Assembly: GCF_001194135.2 (NCBI RefSeq)
Contig: NC_068996.1
Coordinates: 2,383,462-2,447,461 of the forward strand
Reading direction: 5' to 3'
Length of the DNA: 64,000 nucleotides
From: Octopus bimaculoides
Lineage: Eukaryota
A program made the position numbers and the translations under genes. This document shows positions 37,801-51,590 of the stretch, in pieces; position 1 is the first letter of the stretch, and every line of letters starts with the position of its first letter. The notes beneath the pieces are model-generated. The model searched no databases and was not told the origin of the DNA. It saw only the letters and a list, made by a program, of their open reading frames with translations.

Positions 37801-38899
37801 CTACATAATGACGTCATTGTCTGTTAATTACTTAATCAACCATTTCTTTTGCTGAATGAAACTCTGCATTGTGGAATAAAAGCAGTGTTTTTAATGACAA
37901 GGTTAGGGCATGTGGGCAGTGTCAACAGCCTGAACAATTATTTTAGAAATAGTTTAAAAATCATGTTTCACAGCATACTTCTCTGTCACTTACCAAACAT
38001 TTTGGTTCGCAAATAAATGTTGAAGTTTGACTGCTTAGCTTAAGATCCCATTTTGTGAATTTTGGTATCTTTTGTATTGGAGTAAATTTGGTAATTTAGG
38101 TCAGTCTTAACTAATTCTCTGATATGGAGAAATTATAAGCTATTTATAAGAGTTTAAGCATATTAAACAATAAAACTAATTAAGCTGTAAGGGTAATTGT
38201 GAACAAGTTTTATTTATATATTTATTCATTGTCTGCAAAAAGATTTTATCACATTCATCAGGTTATAAAAACTGAGCTAATAACGTTTGTTTTAGGATAG
38301 GATATTGTTTCAAATTTTTTAACAGCAAATCTATGTTGATTGAGATATAGAAAAACATATCAAAATTTGATAGAGTTGATCCCAGAACCTGTTTATGATT
38401 AATTCCAAGTTAGTACTGATTATTGTAGGTCTGTAATCAAAAATATTGTGTACCTTCAAAGTTATTCAGATATAGTGTATTTGGGACTATATTGTCCAAT
38501 GTATCCTTTCAGTTTAACTTAAATATAGTAAACATATGAAAAGGGTTCCATTTACTATAGCCATAACTTCTTTTTTTATTACCTTGATCACATTATCCCT
38601 ATGTGTTATTCTTTGTCATTTAAACTCAGGTTAGTCTTGATTGAGCAGACCTATGAACAGTGGGGTTCCTGTTACTTATTTTGTTTTCAAGACAGTAGGT
38701 GTTCTCATGTGTTCTGTTTTTAAGAGTGTAAGCATTCACTTGTTATTTGTTTTTAGGTGTTCCAATGTATTTTGTTTTTAAGACAGTCAGTGATCCCTCC
38801 TCCTCTTGTATGGTGGTAGTGATGATGACAAATGTCTGTGTACCTCAGTAACTTTGCTATGTCCTTGATTTTATGCTATATATCTGTGCTAATAATGCC

Positions 38900-40000
38900 A
38901 ATGTAGTGTGAGGTTTTCAGCCTTTATATAGTCTGCAGAAATATATCATCACATTTGGCCTGAGTTTCAACTTGATTGTGTGATCAGCAGAGCCTAGTTT
39001 ACATTGAGTGAAAATTATAAAGATGAGTGGAATGTGTCCATAAAGCTCTATGTTCTTGTGTTTGTGACATGAAATGCTTCCAGCCCTTAAGAGAAGCCTG
39101 GTATACTTACTACTAAAGTGATCGTGAAACCTCTTCTTTAAAGTCCAATTTTTAGCTCCATACAGAAGAATACTTTCTATATCCTTGTTGACTTTGAAAT
39201 ACTTCACTGTCAGATGTTTGGGAGCTTGTTACAAGCACTTGAGGTTTGTCTCTTGCATGAAAGAGAGTTTCTCTTACTATCAACAACGTAGCATCCAAGG
39301 TACTTGAAGTTGCTGACAGTTTTGTATTGTTTATCATTGTTGGAATAAATTGGTAGATGGCTTTTGATAATCATGTAGTTGGTTTTCCTTGCATGAAGAA
39401 ACAGACTGATTTTGGTTGTACCATTCTCAAGTGATATCAACAAGTGTTATGCATCACACACTTAAGCTGCAAAAGAAAGTTTATCAGTTGAAATCAAAGC
39501 AAATATTTTGATGAAGAGGTTTTTGTATTTGGTTGGGATCAAGACTTTACTTAAGTTTTTCACAGTCGCAAAAAGAAAACTTGTTTGGGTGTCTCTTCGA
39601 AGGATTTCTGCTTTTCATGGACTGTTTGCGTTTTGCTGAGTGCTTGATGGGTTTTCATTCATGATGGTAATAGTTTTGATAATCTCATGTGGAGTGCCTC
39701 AGTTCAACAAAATTTTTAACATAGCCATCATGTCAATACTATTAAATGTCATGTAGACATACAGCAATACAAGCGTTTAGATATTTTCACTTTTGTAAAT
39801 CTGCTATGGCAATGATCTGCAGTCAGTGGTGTTGGGCTTTCATTGCAGAAGCCATTTTGGTTGTTTCATATTGTAGAAGGAGATTGATATGAAGAGCAAT
39901 TCTATTAAGGAAGGATTTGAGCTGAAAAGGTAATTGCTCAGTAGTTTTGTGGTAACCGGAGATCATTTTCCTTTGGCAGTGGAGCGTGTAGTGGGAAAAG
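38900..40000 (-). pseudogene. RTE/RTE-X-like LINE reverse transcriptase, decayed
   Basis: PLPKENDLRLPQNY, QNGF, NFKYLGCYV, SACNKL and ESILLYGAKNWTL in the correct order on the minus strand (ORFs 39210-39443, 38917-39207). Confidence 0.85.
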
Positions 40001-40960
40001 TAGCAGGTGATGCTAAACTGTACACTCTCTGTGACAGGCTTGAGGATAAGAATTGCAGTACTGTATATGAGTCCATAACTAATATTGCCAACAGAGATTG
40101 CTTGCAAAGAAAAGAGAGAAGACTCTAATCTTTGCTCCTAATGAAAAAGTAATAAAAACTCAGTAAGGTTTGAAGAAAGCAGTGCAAAAACATCAATCTA
40201 GGCCAACTAGGAATACTAAAGGGAACCTTGATTCAGCTAAAGTTACACCTGATGAAGTGTACAATTATGTAGGTTCCAAGACTAAAACTGAAGAAGCTGA
40301 CAGTCTCCACTATGAAAACAAGTATATTGCTGGCTGTATAGTTCAGACAGATTCTTTATTTTCAACAATGGTGTTTACTCTGGTTTTAAGCTGCTGTAAG
40401 TATGCATTAAACTTGTATAAGCTGATGAAGTGCAACACTCATTGAATTCTTTGCACAGAAACCCAGTCTCAAATGTAAACATTCCATACTCGTGTTATTA
40501 AATCCTCTATTTCTATTGCCACCTAATTTATTTGTCGTTACACATGGTTTGTTGATTTATGTGTATATTTATATGTATATCTGAATTTGTATGATTGTGT
40601 ATAGAAGAATATATTAACCAATGAAATTCCAACCTAGTCTGATTTTCACATTTTACTATTTACAATTTTACAATATTCAAGTAAACTAGTACTTTCATGC
40701 GTAACGCAATCATCATATTTATGTAGTGATAATTATGTTCCAGAGTAGACAACTGTAGTAAAATAGTTGGATTTGTCCTTTAAATACTTTCCTATGGGAT
40801 CCAGTAGGCTGAATCTTATGAAATGTATTTTGACCAAACAGTATATATATATATATATATNNNNNNNNNNNNNNNNNNNNNNNNNNNNNNNNNNNNNNNN
40901 NNNNNNNNNNNNNNNNNNNNNNNNNNNNNNNNNNNNNNNNNNNNNNNNNNNNNNNNNNNN

Positions 40961-41173
40961 TTTCGAGCGTGGCCGTTGCCAGTATCGCCTGACTGGCCTT
41001 CATGCAGGTGCCACGTAAAAGAACCTACTACACCCTCTGAGTGGTTGGCGTTAGGAAGGGTATCCAGCTGTAGAAACTCTGCCAAATCAGATTGGAGCCT
41101 GGTGTAGCCATCTGGTTTCACCAGTCCTCAGTCAAATCGTCCAACCCATGCTAGCATGGAAAGCGGACGTTAA

Positions 41174-41207
<34 letters not shown>
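40961..41207 (+). mobile_element. RTE 3' end with (GAT)n tail
   Basis: Last module plus conserved tail; 5' side in a gap. Confidence 0.9.
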
Positions 41208-41208
<1 letters not shown>

Positions 41209-41289
41209 ACATGCATATGTGTGTTTTAATACATATATAAACACATATTCATATATGTACATACATACACAATGTATATATGTATATTT

Positions 41290-42079
41290 AGTGAATAGAT
41301 AGGGATATGTAATTGTTAAAGTTGTTGAGAAAAAGTTAGCTGAAATGGAGGACTGGAAGCCATCTGAATATTGGAAAAAAAAAGAGTTATCCTCTATCAT
41401 GATGATTCATTCTGGGTATCAAAATGCAGGCATCATAGCTGCTGCTCAATGCTCTGTGAACCCTGTAAATGTTGTAAGATGTCACATACACAACTGCAAT
41501 CATGACTACAAAGATGTGTCCTGCAAGAAAGAATGCAGCAGGCATTCTGATAGTGTCCACATGCCAGAGTCCATCCTCACATCTTTGAATAGAGTGTTAT
41601 GTGAAGCTGCTGGAGACAGTGGTCAATTCCTGGTTGGAGATGGTTGTGACTGGAAGACCATGTGTGTGTAAAGAATCAGAAGTGGTTGTTGCAGAATTTA
41701 TACAACTTCACTAGCCAACACTTTTGAGCCTCTTAATTTCTCCAGTGGTTAATTGTATGGATTACAATGTGTGGAGCACGGTTGAGAAAGCTACCAACCA
41801 CTCTGACTGCAACACCAAGTTTGAGCTGGTGGCCAGTATCAAAGAAGTGTTTGAAGATCTTCCTAAGGACTCAATGAGGAATGCGTGGACCAGGTTTTGA
41901 ATGTCATCTTGATTCTGTTGTGGAAGCTGAGGGTAGATACTTTGAGTAAACTGTTATCTCCCAGCTATAATCTAGTAATGTTTTGATTTAAAAAAAAAAG
42001 AAACTTCTGTTTTTGGATAGGGTATTGTGCTTTCTTTTCCTTTTATGCAAACTGTCAAATTTAGCCTGAATACCCTGTG
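41290..42079 (+). mobile_element. Internally deleted Tc1/mariner element (maT/DD37D-like)
   Basis: N-terminus MEDWKPSEYWK..IMMIHSGYQNAGIIAAAQCSVN, joined to SQKWL and decayed WPPxSPD-N-MDY...VVEAEGRYFE*; right TIR GTCAAATTTAGCCTGAATACCCTGT at ~42054-42078. Confidence 0.7.
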
Positions 42080-42090
42080 TGTGTACATAT

Positions 42091-42148
<58 letters not shown>

Positions 42149-42386
42149 GTTTTTCTACAGTAATTTTTCTGCATTTTCGTGCAGCTGAAGATTGCTCTTC
42201 ATATTGCATTTAAGGTAATGCTCGCATTACTTAAATAAATTGAAGTAGCATGAAACGTGCGTACTGCAATCACCTTTGAAATCCGTGTTGCTTATTTTTT
42301 GATTTTGATCACCTATCCTTTTGGGATATGATATTCGGGTGCCTACGCATAAGTACCATATTCAACCTTGAATCTATATCTAAACC

Positions 42387-42424
<38 letters not shown>

Positions 42425-42909
42425 TGCTCAACACACAATGTTTTGTGTGTAAAATTTGGTAAATGGAAACTCCACAAGAGCACATTGCAGTGATAGTGTT
42501 TATGTCCCACTTTAAATGTTTGGTTGCATTTCGGTGGTTCATGTGAAGTCATGAAATAATGTCATGAAGATAAGGGTTGGCATCAGGAAGGATTCAGACA
42601 AAAAAATTGATGACAAAATGTCATCATAATCCATTAGTCAGTATTGACCACTTTTACTCCTCTGCATATCCTTCTGACTACTCTCACTGTAAGCTAATTA
42701 AACGCTTGTTAATGTTTACAGTTCTATTTCTTTTTTATTGCAGAAAGTTATTCTTTCATTCAAGCAGCATTTGGAAGTTAATTGTTGTATATATCTATAT
42801 TTATATACAAGCAGAAGGACCCAGTTTCATTTGTGTTATAAGCTCATAGCCTTAACACAGTACTCTTTGCTTGTTGTTTAATTTGACACCTTCCTTCTAG
42901 GCATGGTTA

Positions 42910-43402
42910 GGTAAATATTTTGTAAAGGACCTATTTGTACCTTGGTGTGAAATATTTTTTTTCCATGAGTATTTTAGCATGTGTTCAATGAATCTGACTT
43001 CCAAACCTACTGCAAGCCACTTTTTTCTGGAAAAGTAAATGGGGACCTTGGTGTTTCCCACCAATGGAGTTTCGTGGTTTCTTGTTTTTCTTTTCTAGGT
43101 TATTTTGCATACTTTCAACAAATGTGACATCGAAATCACACATAAACAGCTCCTTTCCCCAGAAAAGGAAACATTTGGTTGCTATTTCTAGCACACCCTG
43201 CTACCACATAACAGCTATTTGCGACAAAGGGTTCACTGATATTTTGCTGTGAAGTAAGTTTTTGACCCTCACCATCTTTCTTTTCTGGAAAAAGTGGCTT
43301 GCAGCGGGTTTGGAGGTTAGATACATTAAATGTACTTCAAAAGCCTGTGGAAAAATTTATTTCACTCCGAGGTATGAACGTGTCCATTCTGAAATATTTA
43401 CA
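42910..43402. mobile_element. Long-TIR MITE with 8-bp TSD (Merlin-like)
   Basis: ~130-140-bp imperfect inverted repeats starting GGTAAATATTT; exact CATGGTTA at 42902-42909 and 43403-43410. Confidence 0.75.
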
Positions 43403-44378
43403 CATGGTTATTTACTGATACACAAATACACCGGTACAGAAGATTGTAAACAATGAAAGTAGCTGTCATAATTTTTTTGGTATCAGAAATTGTTACAACT
43501 TGGTTATTTACTGATACATAAATATAGAGGTACAGCGTTTTTGCTTAACCCTTCAGGCTTTCTAACATTTTGTTTATGTGTTGGCGTATACAAATACACC
43601 AGAACTGAAGATTGTAAACAATGAAAGTGGCTGTAATAATTTTTTGGTGCCAGACATCGTTACAATGGTAAATGCTAGACAGAATGAAGAAGGGCTGATA
43701 GAGTAAGAAATAGAAAGAGAGGAAGTACAATGAGAAGTTAGATAGGGAACATGCCTCTCAAATATGGTACTAATTCATGCAGCTATTTTTGCATGAAAAG
43801 TGAATACACACATAGCTAGATAGGTAGATAGATTGATAGCCACAGTTGCTACGTCAGACTTGCATGCGTTTGTCTAGCCAGCCGTGGTTGCTACATCAGT
43901 ACTGGAAGTTGATATTGAAAAACATTTTAAATAAGTTAATCTTATATAAAGCAATATTATTTATTTTTTAATAAGAAAATGAATGAAGACTCGATTATAT
44001 ATCCAAGGTCAAATTATTCATGCATCCCAAGTATGGAACCAATTTGCACAGCTGTTTTTGCATGAAAAGTGAATACACACAGGCCTATTTTATATGTAAG
44101 ATATATTTGGTTGAATACACTGATTTTTATTTTGTTTGACTATTACCATGTCAACTCGGTCGTCTGTGCTGCCTGAGCTAAATGTACTTTTCAGTCATAT
44201 TCACATTAGAATCATATGAAGCAGAGAATTCGTCTTTTCCTGAATTAGTTATAAATAATATGCATTATATAAAAAATCAAAATAAGTGAAACAAGGCATT
44301 TTCTTAATCTTCAAACATGAAGTTAATTGGTTGGAAAATTATAATCTTTATTAATGACATTTCATCTCTGACAGACAT

Positions 44379-44606
44379 TTAACCCTTTTGTTACCATATT
44401 TCTGTTGAGATGCTCATTGTTTCTTTCAATTATTTCAAATATAACAAAGAATTTAGTAAAATAGCTTAGTTATCATTAAGCTAGTGTTAGGAACATAAAT
44501 TGTGACTAAGGTCTGGTGGAAGATTTTAATTCAGAACTTTTGAAAACAAGACATTTGTACTCAGAGCCGGAGCTGGTTTCAGTCGGGTTGGTAGCAAAAG
44601 GATTAA
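44379..44606 (+). mobile_element. piggyBac-like MITE family A, complete
   Basis: TTAA-CCCTTTTGTTACCA ... TGGTAGCAAAAGGA-TTAA. Confidence 0.9.
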
Positions 44607-46853
44607 AACACAATGCACTGCTACTTAGAAAATTCTGCCATGGTGTTTTCTGTGTTCAAGGAAATGTGTTTCTACTGGATCATACTTCATTGAAACTAGT
44701 TGAGGAGGCTACAAACTAAGCTACTAAAATTTATGAAAAATAATAAACATAAAACCCCTGTAAATATACCAAGACAAATGAAATGTTTAGTTTTTCTTTT
44801 GTTGAAGAATGAATAAAAGATTTTAGACATTTTTTTTTTTGATGATGTGAATTAGCTGAAGAATTAAGATTTTTGTTCTTCTACATATAGCCAGATTCTT
44901 TTAATTCATATTATTTCTAAGTTGAATCAAGTCACTACGTTCAAATTTCTAAAATATCATCTTTGATTACCTTCTCCACAGAATGCTGTTAAATTTTATT
45001 TTGTCTTTTCTACCATCAGTATAATTTTTAATGACATATTTCTTAAAGAGAGCAATACATACACTTTTATCATTTCAATATGTTTCTCTTTGCTGCTATA
45101 GTTTCAGCATTTTCTTGAAACTTATCCATTTCAACTTTGTACTAATGTCATATCTGTGAGTTTTACAGTCTTTTGGTTTGATGTAACCACTTCATTTATA
45201 GTCTGTTCCTGTGTCCCCCTACAATAGCTCTTGTCCATTATGTATATGTCTGTATTAGAGAAATTATTTTCCTTGCATCTTCGTCCAACCCATGCTAGCA
45301 TGGAAAGCGGACGTTAAATGATGATGATGATGATGATGATGCATTCCATGGCTTTTGAGCTGTAAAAAAGGAAATAATTTTTTTTTTTCCAACTGTCTTC
45401 TGTTCCAATCTAAGTAATATTGCATGTGCACCAGTATGTTGCAAATTTATTTCTGTTCAAAGTTCAGCTCTTACTTTCATAGCCCCAAATGTTTTATAGT
45501 GACATTATTAGACTTTAAAGAGATAGTTAGGAGGTAATATGTGTACAATTTTGTTTATCATAAACATCAAAATGAAGCTTAAGCCAGCTCTTCTTTAACA
45601 GCTGGTTTGATGATAACCAAAGATATTTAGGAAAGTTAAGTTCAGATTCTACTGGTATTTCTTATTGAACAATTGCAAGAAAATGATTCATAGATTATAT
45701 TTTATAAAATACATGCAAAACATATGGAAAATGGCTTCATATATCTACTACTTAAACAAATATATTGTTTCTGCTCCCTCTTCTACACTTTCTCTTCAGA
45801 TCTAGAACTTTGAATGTTTTCATTTTCTTTTTCTTTTGTTCATATGTTTAAGCATTAGTATTTTTATTTCAAGTTTAAAAAATATTTTTTAATCAAAGAG
45901 GGAAATACAATTCTGTTTTCTCTCTTTGCTCTTCCTCCTCCCTCTTGAAGATTAATCAAGATGATAACACAAAGTTGCTAATGTTTAGTTCCAACCAAAC
46001 TATTTTAAGATGGAAGACACAGACTAGAAACAGATTCTAGTGGTGTTAACTCTCAGATAAAAAAGGTGTGGATTAATTTTTGGTGGAAGAATAACAGGTA
46101 CACCAAATGAATCTGAGATTCAACAAGTTCTGTGAGGCAAATACTCTAGTATTGAAGGAAGCAAATTATAGGAACATTTCAGTGGAAGGCCATTGATTGA
46201 TAATAAGTTATGCAGAGTGGTTTTACTTTTATAAGATCAGTTAGTGAAACTGAGTAATTTTGTTGGCTTTTAGTGCACTTTTCAATTTCTCTCGTTGTCG
46301 TTTTATCCAGAGTGAGATTTGTTGCTCATTTATTTAATGTTATTAAGTAACAAGATTGAAGCATTGGTCATACCAGGCCAGAGAAAGCAGAGACAAAAAA
46401 GATGATGACTTTTCCAAACAGAGATAAGGGTTTGTATCCTATTCTAATCATAATATATTTCACTTAATGTCTGTGAACTTGGAATGGAATAGTATTTTTA
46501 AAAAAATTCTTTTAAAGTTAGAAGAATGAAGCAATCTAGAGTAAAGTGCCTGTGGAGGCACTAATAGTATGATGTGGATTTGAAAGATGTCTAATAGGTA
46601 GAGATAGCAATATTGATTAAGAGATTTTCTTTTGACAAGATATCAGCTGTACAATCACAGTTGCAGATAGTTGAAACTTTTTGACATGGAGACAAATTAT
46701 TTAAATTTAACATTATTTTTTTGTTGTTGTTGTATATCTTTATGTAATTTTGGATTTTGCTTACTTGCATCAATGTAAAGAGAAAATAAAATATATCATC
46801 CCAACAAGCTTACATTTAAGATGTGTTACATCTGAATCTTAGTTTATTTACAG

Positions 46854-47139
46854 CAGTGGTTCCCAAACTTTTTTCAGGCTGTTGCCCCCTTGGCACACAG
46901 ACCACATTCCTAACGTCCCCCCCACTCACCACCACAAATGTAGACTACTTTCTGTTGCAAATTTAAAACAACAGTATTTCACAAATAAAACTTAACCTAA
47001 TTGGCCTGTTATTTTGTTGTTTTTACATTCACTGCCCCACCCTTCTACCCTCCCTATTATCTCCCCTCTTTTCTTCAATGCCCACCTGGATCTTTCCATT
47101 GCTCCCAGGTGGCAGTACCACCCACTTTGGGAACCACTG
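46854..47139. mobile_element. hAT (Buster/Charlie-like) MITE, 286 bp
   Basis: Perfect 14-bp TIR CAGTGGTTCCCAAA; TSD ATTTACAG/ATTTACAA (7/8) with central TA. Confidence 0.92.
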
Positions 47140-47729
47140 ATTTACAATTGCCTCTTGAAATGCAAGAATTCTCCAGCTGGTTATGCTTTCCTGGATCTTC
47201 TGTTTTTTTTTTATCAATATGACCTTTTTCTTTCTCTATGTCTCAGAGCTAATTTAAGCAATCTTTATTCACCCCTTTTTTTTTTACCCTTGCCTTATGA
47301 ATTCCAAATTGATCCTGACTTTTCATTATTGATTTGTGTGTTTAATGATTTTAACTTATGAAGAACCCCACTTTTTTTTTTGTGCTCATGGTCAGAGATT
47401 TCAGTTCAAGTCAGATTAATATCCACACTCAACTTTGCTTTTTGTTCTCCCAAGGTTGATATGAGAAAGTATCACTCAAGTACCAGTCAAATTATTTAAT
47501 TATTTAATTATTTAATTATTTAATTATAAACTAGCCATGATGTGAAAGGAATCATATTAAAAAAAGATACTTTTTAAACATTGTTAGTTATACTAATAAC
47601 AATATCTATTTTATAGACATTTTTAAAAATTATTTATGTTGTTTTTTTATCTTCCAGTGCTACTTGATATCAGTTATATTGGCTCTATATCCCGCATATT
47701 GTAATTTGTGATTATTTTATCATAGGCAC

Positions 47730-47891
47730 AGACATGGCTGTGTGGTAAAAAGCTAGCTTCCCAACCACATGATTCCAGGTTTAGTCCTGCCGTGTTTCAT
47801 CTTGGGAAAGTATCTTCTAGTATAGGCCCTGGCTGATCAAAGCCTTGTGAGTGGATTTGGTAGACAGAAACTGAAAGAAGACCATCATGTG

Positions 47892-47922
<31 letters not shown>

Positions 47923-48387
47923 CCCTCCACTGCTTGACAACTGACATTGGTGTGTTTATGTCCCCATAACTTAGTGCTTGAGAAGAAGACCCATCAGGCC
48001 AAGCGAAATCGTAGTCATGGCTGATGCTGGTGTCATGTAACTAGCACCTGTGCACGTAAAGAGCACCTTTTGAGTGTTGGGCCTCACAGAGGCAAAGTGG
48101 CTGAGTTCCTTTTGCGCACTGGGCCTCACAGAGGCAATGCTTGAGAAGAAAACCCATCAAGCCGAGCAAAATTGTAGTTGTGGCAGGTACTGGCATCATG
48201 CAAATGGTACCCCTAAGCATCCATTACACTCTCGGAGTGGTTGACATTAGGAAGGGCATCCAGCTGTAGAAAACCATGCCAAATCACACTGGTGTATGAT
48301 GCAGCCTTCCAGCTAACCAGCTCCGGTCAAACTGTCCAACCCATACCAGCAAGAACAACAGATGTTATATGATGATGATGATAATGA
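47730..48387 (+). mobile_element. SINE family 1 (47730-47975) fused to an RTE 3' end (47976-48387)
   Basis: SINE stops at CCCCATAACTTAG and continues into GTGCTTGAGAAGAAGACCC (RTE 3' UTR), ending in (GAT)n. Confidence 0.85.
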
Positions 48388-48956
48388 GGATTTTAAAATT
48401 TTAGTGTTATGAGAAGGAATTATCAGTTGATACTTATACATGTTAAATTATGTATTTACTTGAATCATTAGGAATCAGAAACTTTTGAAATATTAAAACA
48501 GAGTGGATTTTCTCCCTGAACAAGAGAAAGTAGGATATGTTGTTTTTATTGTGAGAATTAGCATTGCCAAGTTATGAACTGGAAACATCTTGTTTCACGA
48601 TCCACTATTTTAACTGTCCATAATTGATAACAATTAGATTGATCAATTATTTTGTTTATGAAATAGTCTCACTTCAAACTTATTGTTATCTTTACTTTCT
48701 CAGAGCTACAGTTTTTAACTTCTTAGCAATTAGGTGATTCACAGAGAAAGCAAATAGGAAATTATCGCGTTTATGGAATTTCTCCTAATATTAGCACAAT
48801 GTATAATTAAGGCATGGCTTTTTGTTCTTTATCATAATTATGTCTGTATAAATATCTATTTATAGTTTTATGTGTCTGTTTTCTGAGTGTGAATTTGTGT
48901 TTGTGTACACATCTAATCATACAGACATACACACACGTGTGTGTTTTAGTAGTTTT

Positions 48957-48987
<31 letters not shown>

Positions 48988-50426
48988 GAATTCCCATATT
49001 TTCTTTTTCTAAATTAGTTTTAGCAGACTTCTCTTTAGTGTTATCATTTTCCGTTGAGTTTTCTTGATAATATAGATTGTTGTAAAGAACTAAAACATTA
49101 GCATGATAATCTGGAGAAGAAAAGTTTTAAAAGCTAAAAGGAATCTGTATGTTATTTCTGTTAATGTAATTTAGCTTACCTGTAAATTTCATAAGGAATA
49201 AGCTACGAAAGGTCAGAAAAAAACCCCATTTTTTTTTATTGTGATGTTTATGCATCCATATCTGTTATAGTTGCATTTAATTTATTACTAGCATCTTTCA
49301 TTTCTTATTTGTTTTAGCGTATTCACTTTTTAGTTATTATTTTGTAATAAATTTGTAATCACTCATGCACAGTGTTATTTTTTGTGCAGATGGCTACTTA
49401 CATTAAAAGAGAAATTAAATCCTTTCCAAAATATTACTAATTTTCACAATAATCTGACCATAAGTAAAAATACTATAAACATATTCATTTTTAAGTATTC
49501 TGATGACTTGGCTTTTCACTTGAAAATTTTCAACTGGATATTAAAAGTTAAAGGCACAAGTGTTTGTAGATTACTCACACATTCATGAAAACGTCAGAAA
49601 TTCATCTACTCTGTGATATTATTTAACAATTGATAAACAAGATTTTCCAATTGTTGGATTTCATCCTACTTGATGCTCTTACCATTTGCCACAATCAGGG
49701 CTTTATGCATAATGAATTATTAGGTCTAATATTTGGAAGAGATCGCAGGAATTCTTTCTGCATGAAGAGCATAAAATCAAGACCAGGCTAATATTATGAA
49801 GTGAACCAGAAAATAAATGTCTAATTAATGCAATTTACACCAGCAATGCAAAGAAGAGGGATTAGCATTAATGAAGATGCTTGTCAAAGAAGGCAAGAGA
49901 AGCACTTCCAAAGTTTAAAAATAAAATGTAGATATGTAGCAGGGAGTGTGTCTGATATCTGGTAATTAAATGGCAACTCTTGACATGTTTCAGCCTTTTT
50001 TTATGCCTACTACATTAACTCTCACTTAATTAGATGTACTTTATGCAAAAGATATCTCTGAGAAAAAGAAAAAAAATGTTAATTGTTGTTTTAAGATTGT
50101 CCAGTCAAAGAATCATTTCTCACCATCATTGTATTTTATCATGTACTTTTCCATGCTTGCATGAATCAGATGAGAGAATGTTGGAATAGAGTCTTCTGCT
50201 GCCAGATGCCCTTTCTGTTGCCAGCCCACACTTGTTTCCAAGTGAGGTAATAGTCTTCTTTTTATAAACAAACAATGTAGACATGTTTATGTGGAGAACT
50301 GGAAAATGAATGGCCCTGTATAAATGAGCTTTTTGTTTACAAAAATCGCACAGCCTAACGAGAAGTCTGCAAGTGAACAACACTCAGTAAAACCATTGTT
50401 TACAATCAGCAGACACTCACTCACTC

Positions 50427-50488
<62 letters not shown>

Positions 50489-50580
50489 NNNNNNNNNNNN
50501 NNNNNNNNNNNNNNNNNNNNNNNNNNNNNNNNNNNNNNNNNNNNNNNNNNNNNNNNNNNNNNNNNNNNNNNNNNNNNNNN

Positions 50581-51065
50581 TGCGAAGACCTGTTGAGGCA
50601 AGTGAAATCGAACTAAATTCGACGACTGGCACATATGCCAACGTCGTCTCCCTCATTGGACACGAAACTCAGCTTGCGAAGACTTATTGGGGCAAGCGAA
50701 AGTGAAATTGTGATGGCACCTGTGCCCAGCGTTGCCTTTCTGGCACTTGTGCCCGCGGCATATGTAAGGACTTTTGAGCGAGATCGTTGCCAGTGCCCCT
50801 GGACTGGCTCTTGTGCGGGTGACACATAAAATACACCATTTTGAGCGTGGCCGTTGCCAGTACCGCCTGACTGGCCTTCGTGCGGGTGGCACGTAAAAGC
50901 ACCCACTACACTCTCTGAGTGGTTGGCGTTAGGAAGGGCATCCAGCTGTAGAAAGTCTGCCAAATCAGATGGGAGCCTGGTGTAGCCATCTGGTTTCACC
51001 AGTCCTCAGTCAAATCGTCCAACCCATGCTAGCATGGAAAGCGGACGTTAAACGACGATGATGAT
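50581..51065 (+). mobile_element. Young RTE 3' UTR with tandem modules and tail
   Basis: CpG-retaining; three modules then the conserved tail GACGATGATGAT. Confidence 0.92.
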
Positions 51066-51469
51066 ATAGACTATTGACCACACTCAATGTCTGAGTTTTG
51101 CTTATTTGCTGGTAGGATGCAATATTGCACAGTGAGGATGACTCCCTCAAAGTGCTGGGTATTAAACACCTGAAGGTTATGAACAGGTGAGACAATTTGC
51201 CCCAAATCCCAAGGATATCCATCATTCTTGAATGAGATTTAGGGTGAATTGTTTTGCTTGTCTATGATGATGTGTTTTGAGGGAGTTATTCCTACTGCAC
51301 AATACCTTAGCCTACCAGCAATTAAGCAAAGTACATACATTAAGTATGTGTGATCGATAATGTTTACAACACTAGCACTGCTTTTAATTCATATTTGAAT
51401 ATGTGTGTGTCTATATGTGTGTGTGTGTATGCACACACACACACACACAACAAGTTTCTTTTTGGTCTA

Positions 51470-51590
51470 TTATATCCACTCATAAGGTTTTAGCTGGCCT
51501 TGGGTTGTTGTGAAGAAGATGGCATGCAGTGGAACTGAACTGGAAACCAACTGGTTAAGAAGTGGCCTTCTTAGCCAAAGAGCTATCTTT
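51470..51590 (-). mobile_element. SINE family 1 head, decayed
   Basis: ATCCACTCATAAGGTTTT...GCAGTGGAACTGAAC...CTTCTTAGCCA. Confidence 0.55.

Noticed and set aside
38757-38850. GVPMYFVF peptide recalling amino-acid transporter C-termini
   Set aside because: Part of a local imperfect duplication (38677-38790); no supporting exons.
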